This document shows, piece after piece, positions 45,465 to 45,756 of a stretch of 45,756 nucleotides of DNA. The notes under the pieces were generated by a model, which worked only from the letters and a program-made list of their open reading frames with translations, had not been told where the DNA came from and made no database searches. The translations under genes were made by a program, and so were the position numbers. Position 1 is the stretch's first letter, and the number at the start of each line of letters is the position of its first letter. This DNA is from Octopus sinensis (lineage: Eukaryota), in assembly GCF_006345805.1 (NCBI RefSeq), contig NW_021834826.1, positions 1 through 45,756 on the forward strand, written 5' to 3'.

Positions 45465-45756
45465 CCTTTTCTTGTCATACAGAGCTTTTAACACAAGATC
45501 TTCCTACTCATTAAATTGCTTTAATATAATAAATTGCCCATTAATTAATCTATGGCTTTCATTATCAATAATTTATTGTGTAAAAGTATTTACTGCTTAT
45601 AATTCAATCTTTAGGGGTTCTAAGTATTCAGTTTGACTGAGAACTCTTTTAAATTAAGATTTAATCAACACCCACATACTTTTATATCCTAAAAGAGCTT
45701 TTGACACAAATTTATTGAAGTAAATGCAGTTCTTAAAGCTTAACAATGTTAGGCTC

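Overview
Repeat-dense, apparently non-coding (intronic or intergenic) animal DNA. The SINE families and very heavy microsatellite load point to an octopus genome; this is recognition from memory, not a database result. No host protein-coding gene can be supported, and nearly all long ORFs in the track are microsatellite translations. Identifiable content: four or five tRNA-headed or modular SINE families in many copies; decayed 3' ends of RTE (x4), CR1, Tx1-like and CRE-clade non-LTR retrotransposons; two mariner remnants; mariner-, hAT- and MULE-like MITEs; and non-autonomous Helitrons, including head-to-tail arrays. The most notable signals are (i) two minimal type-I hammerhead ribozyme motifs (42500-42551 minus, 45411-45464 plus) plus two decayed ones, of the kind carried by Penelope-like elements and retrozymes; (ii) a near-full-length U6 snRNA copy butted against a SINE head and co-oriented with a Tx1-like LINE remnant; (iii) Helitron concatemers with CTAG|TC junctions; (iv) two different SINEs inserted at the same site of two copies of one hAT MITE; and (v) a pair of divergent perfect splice donors at about 20.3 and 20.7 kb.
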